Assembly (NCBI GenBank): GCA_900617105.1
Contig: UYFQ01000023.1
Span: 248,001-312,000 of the forward strand
Length of the DNA stretch: 64,000 nucleotides
Reading direction: 5' to 3'
Source: Hydrurus foetidus
Lineage: Eukaryota
In this document: piece after piece, positions 61,811-64,000 of the stretch
Numbering within the stretch: the stretch's first letter is position 1
Layout: every line of letters starts with the position of its first letter
Program-made: the position numbers and the translations under genes
Notes under the pieces: model-generated
Told to the model about the DNA's origin: nothing
Databases searched by the model: none
What the model saw: only the letters and a program-made list of their open reading frames with translations

Positions 61811-62341
61811 TTACTGAAGTGGCTCGTTTAAACCTGCAGGAATAAGCAGCGGCAAAACAGAGATGCCCTCATCCAGTAACTCAGCCGTTTCTTGACGTGA
61901 GGCGTGGCCGCGAATGGCACGCTCTTCGGATTCACCATAGTGGATTTTTCGGGCTTCCTCGGCAAATTTGTTGCCCACATCTTCTGTATTGGCCACAACA
62001 TGGCGCACCATCTGTAGCCATGCAGCTTGCAGCTCTGGGTTAGGCTCAGGCGCAACACCTGAGGATGCCGTGGGGGCACCTGAATTTGAATCAACACGAA
62101 CCTCAACGCCCACAGCAGCAGAGGTAGGCTGGGATGCGGAGGATGGCAATGCAGATGGCGCTATTGGTTGGGTTGCACCAAAGTTCAGCCTGGGTGCAGA
62201 CAACATCTTGGTGATGGTCTTGTCGCTGCACAATGGGCATTCAATCAGATTGCGGCTCAACTGACTTTGAAAATCGTCCTCGGACGCAAACCAGCCTTCA
62301 AACGCATGCTGATAGCGGCACTGGAGATCCAAAACTTTCAT
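61811..62341 (-). CDS. DUF1178 family protein
   Basis: LQC..QHAFEGWF, CPLC, SAPRL, FAEEARKIHYGE. Confidence 0.88.
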   Translation of the reverse strand: MKVLDLQCRYQHAFEGWFASEDDFQSQLSRNLIECPLCSDKTITKMLSAPRLNFGATQPIAPSALPSSASQPTSAAVGVEVRVDSNSGAPTASSGVAPEPNPELQAAWLQMVRHVVANTEDVGNKFAEEARKIHYGESEERAIRGHASRQETAELLDEGISVLPLLIPAGLNEPLQ

Positions 62342-62351
62342 AAAGCTATTA

Positions 62352-62939
62352 TCAGCGAGCTGCTTGCCAATCCAAAACCCAAGCGCCTGACTGCACATTT
62401 TGCAACCACAGCGCAGCAGTCAAGGTTTTGGCATCGGTCACAGTGCCGTCAAAACAACCTTGCAACAGCTCAGCCGGGCTGACCAGCACCACATCAAGGA
62501 ACTCCCCCTCATCTAGCTGGCGTGTGCCGGCAAGCAAACCTCGGGCGAACCAGATGTCAATGAACTCTGTGGAATAGGAAATGGTCGGGTGAAGCAGCCC
62601 AGCGCGAGCCCATTCGGTCGCGCTGTAGCCAGTTTCCTCTAGCAGTTCGCGTCGTGCGCAATCGAACACAGACTCACCTGCATCCAATTTACCTGCGGGG
62701 AACTCCAAAAAAACACGTTGCACAGGGTAACGGTACTGGCGCTCCATCACCAAGCGGCCATCGTCCAGCAGAGGGACAATCATCACAGCACCGGGGTGCG
62801 TTACAAATTCACGGGTGGTCAGCTGACCGTTCGGGAGTTTGACCACATCCCGCAGTACATGAAGAAACTTGCCCCTGAGCAGTTCTTCGCGGCTTTCAAA
62901 TACCTCGGTCAAATGCAGATCATGCGCCGGTAATGTCAT
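62352..62939 (-). CDS. NUDIX hydrolase (ADP-ribose pyrophosphatase-like)
   Basis: HPGAV, QYRYP, EFPAGKLD..ARRELLEETG Nudix box. Confidence 0.92.
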   Translation of the reverse strand: MTLPAHDLHLTEVFESREELLRGKFLHVLRDVVKLPNGQLTTREFVTHPGAVMIVPLLDDGRLVMERQYRYPVQRVFLEFPAGKLDAGESVFDCARRELLEETGYSATEWARAGLLHPTISYSTEFIDIWFARGLLAGTRQLDEGEFLDVVLVSPAELLQGCFDGTVTDAKTLTAALWLQNVQSGAWVLDWQAAR

Positions 62940-63244
62940 TCAGAAACCTGGTGCTTGAGCAAATAACGGTAGACAAAACCCGGGAAGGAGAGCGTCACAA
63001 ACAAGGCCAACGAGATCGCATAGAACTCCCAGCCCTGCGGTGCAATCTGCCCTGCACGCCATTCCAGCGTCAAGCCAAGGCCACCAATGAGAAGATAGAA
63101 CACCAACAACTCCGCCAGTCGAAGCCCCAAACCTTTAGGACTGCCTAGTACCAAAACAGCCATCAAGCGCTGGCTGATAAACGGCAGATTGGCAGCAATC
63201 AGGGCCAGCAGCAGAACCAGCCAAACAGCAAGGGTTTGAGACAA
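62936..63244 (-). CDS. DUF2818 family membrane protein
   Basis: AANLPF, QGWEFYA, FPGFVYRYL; typical position after nuoN. Confidence 0.85.
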   Translation of the reverse strand: MSQTLAVWLVLLLALIAANLPFISQRLMAVLVLGSPKGLGLRLAELLVFYLLIGGLGLTLEWRAGQIAPQGWEFYAISLALFVTLSFPGFVYRYLLKHQVSE

Positions 63245-63248
63245 GCGC

Positions 63249-64000
63249 TTAACTGCCCAGTGTTTTGACGATAGCCCGCGCGCACAGGGACATCAGGCCA
63301 CCGGGCAACAAACCGAGCGCAAGAATCAGTGCAGCATTCAAACACAACACAATGCGTACATCGGCGGAAGCAGATACCGTAGAAGCGGTTATGGGTTTGT
63401 CAAAGTACATTACCTTTACCACGCGAAGGTAGTAGAAAGCACCGATCAGCGACATCATCACAGCGAAGATAGCCAGCAGCAAATACGAAGTTTGTCCTGA
63501 CGTTATCAGGGCTTGCAACACCGACAGCTTGGCGTAAAAACCAACCATTGGCGGAATACCGGCCATCGAGAACAAACACACGGCCATGACACCAGCATAG
63601 AGCGGACTGCGTTGGTTCAAACCAGCCAAATCGCTGATCTCTTCACTCTCAAAACCTTCACGGGCCAAAAGCAAAATCACACCAAAAGTAGCCAATGTCG
63701 TCAATACATAAGTGATGACGTAAAACATGGATGAGCTGTACGCATTGGCGGCTGACAAGGTATTGCCGTTAATCACCCCAGACAACAGACCCAGCAGCAC
63801 AAAACCCATTTGCGAAATGGTGGAAAAAGCCAACATGCGTTTGAGATTGGTTTGTGCAATAGCCGCCAAATTACCAATCAGCAAGGAGCCCACGCAGAGT
63901 ACGACCAGCATTTGTTGCCAATCAATAGCCAGGGGCAACAAACCTTCAACCAACAAACGGATAGAGATGGCAAAAGCAGCCAACTTGGGAGCACCGCCAA
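63249..64000 (-). CDS. nuoN: NADH-quinone oxidoreductase subunit N (C-terminal part; truncated by window edge)
   Basis: [43 protein letters not shown]. Confidence 0.95.
   Translation of the reverse strand, partial: GGAPKLAAFAISIRLLVEGLLPLAIDWQQMLVVLCVGSLLIGNLAAIAQTNLKRMLAFSTISQMGFVLLGLLSGVINGNTLSAANAYSSSMFYVITYVLTTLATFGVILLLAREGFESEEISDLAGLNQRSPLYAGVMAVCLFSMAGIPPMVGFYAKLSVLQALITSGQTSYLLLAIFAVMMSLIGAFYYLRVVKVMYFDKPITASTVSASADVRIVLCLNAALILALGLLPGGLMSLCARAIVKTLGS

Noticed and set aside
62345..62367. Further copy of the GCTA-N9-TAGC repeat
   Set aside because: Spacer is 8 nt and the downstream arm does not fit; insufficient support.

Overview
Chromosomal window from a GC-rich betaproteobacterium; gene content and order suggest Comamonadaceae (Rhodoferax/Acidovorax-like), which is an inference. 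The backbone is housekeeping: ilvD (partial), acs, fumA, murI, xerD, queG-tsaE-amiC, grpE-dnaK-dnaJ and nuoN (partial). Accessory blocks are a photolyase pair with DUF2256, an AbiEii-type nucleotidyltransferase toxin-antitoxin pair beside nhaA, a 5-oxoprolinase/TRAP locus, a CoA-transferase/hydratase/CitE cluster resembling itaconate catabolism, a NosR-like/ApbE pair without nosZ in the window, and a feruloyl-CoA synthase cluster. The most notable unannotated structure is a 6,057-bp element (13453-19509) with 18-bp terminal inverted repeats and a perfect 6-bp TAACTA target duplication. It carries only a dead ISNCY-type transposase fragment, internal IS6-like end remnants and four apparently intact cargo genes. 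A second observation is a degenerate ~55-60-bp fixed-geometry palindromic repeat found both between genes and in frame inside amiC, murI, fcs and an ABC transporter. No rRNA, intact tRNA or CRISPR array was seen. Product calls come from motif recognition by eye; no database searches were run.
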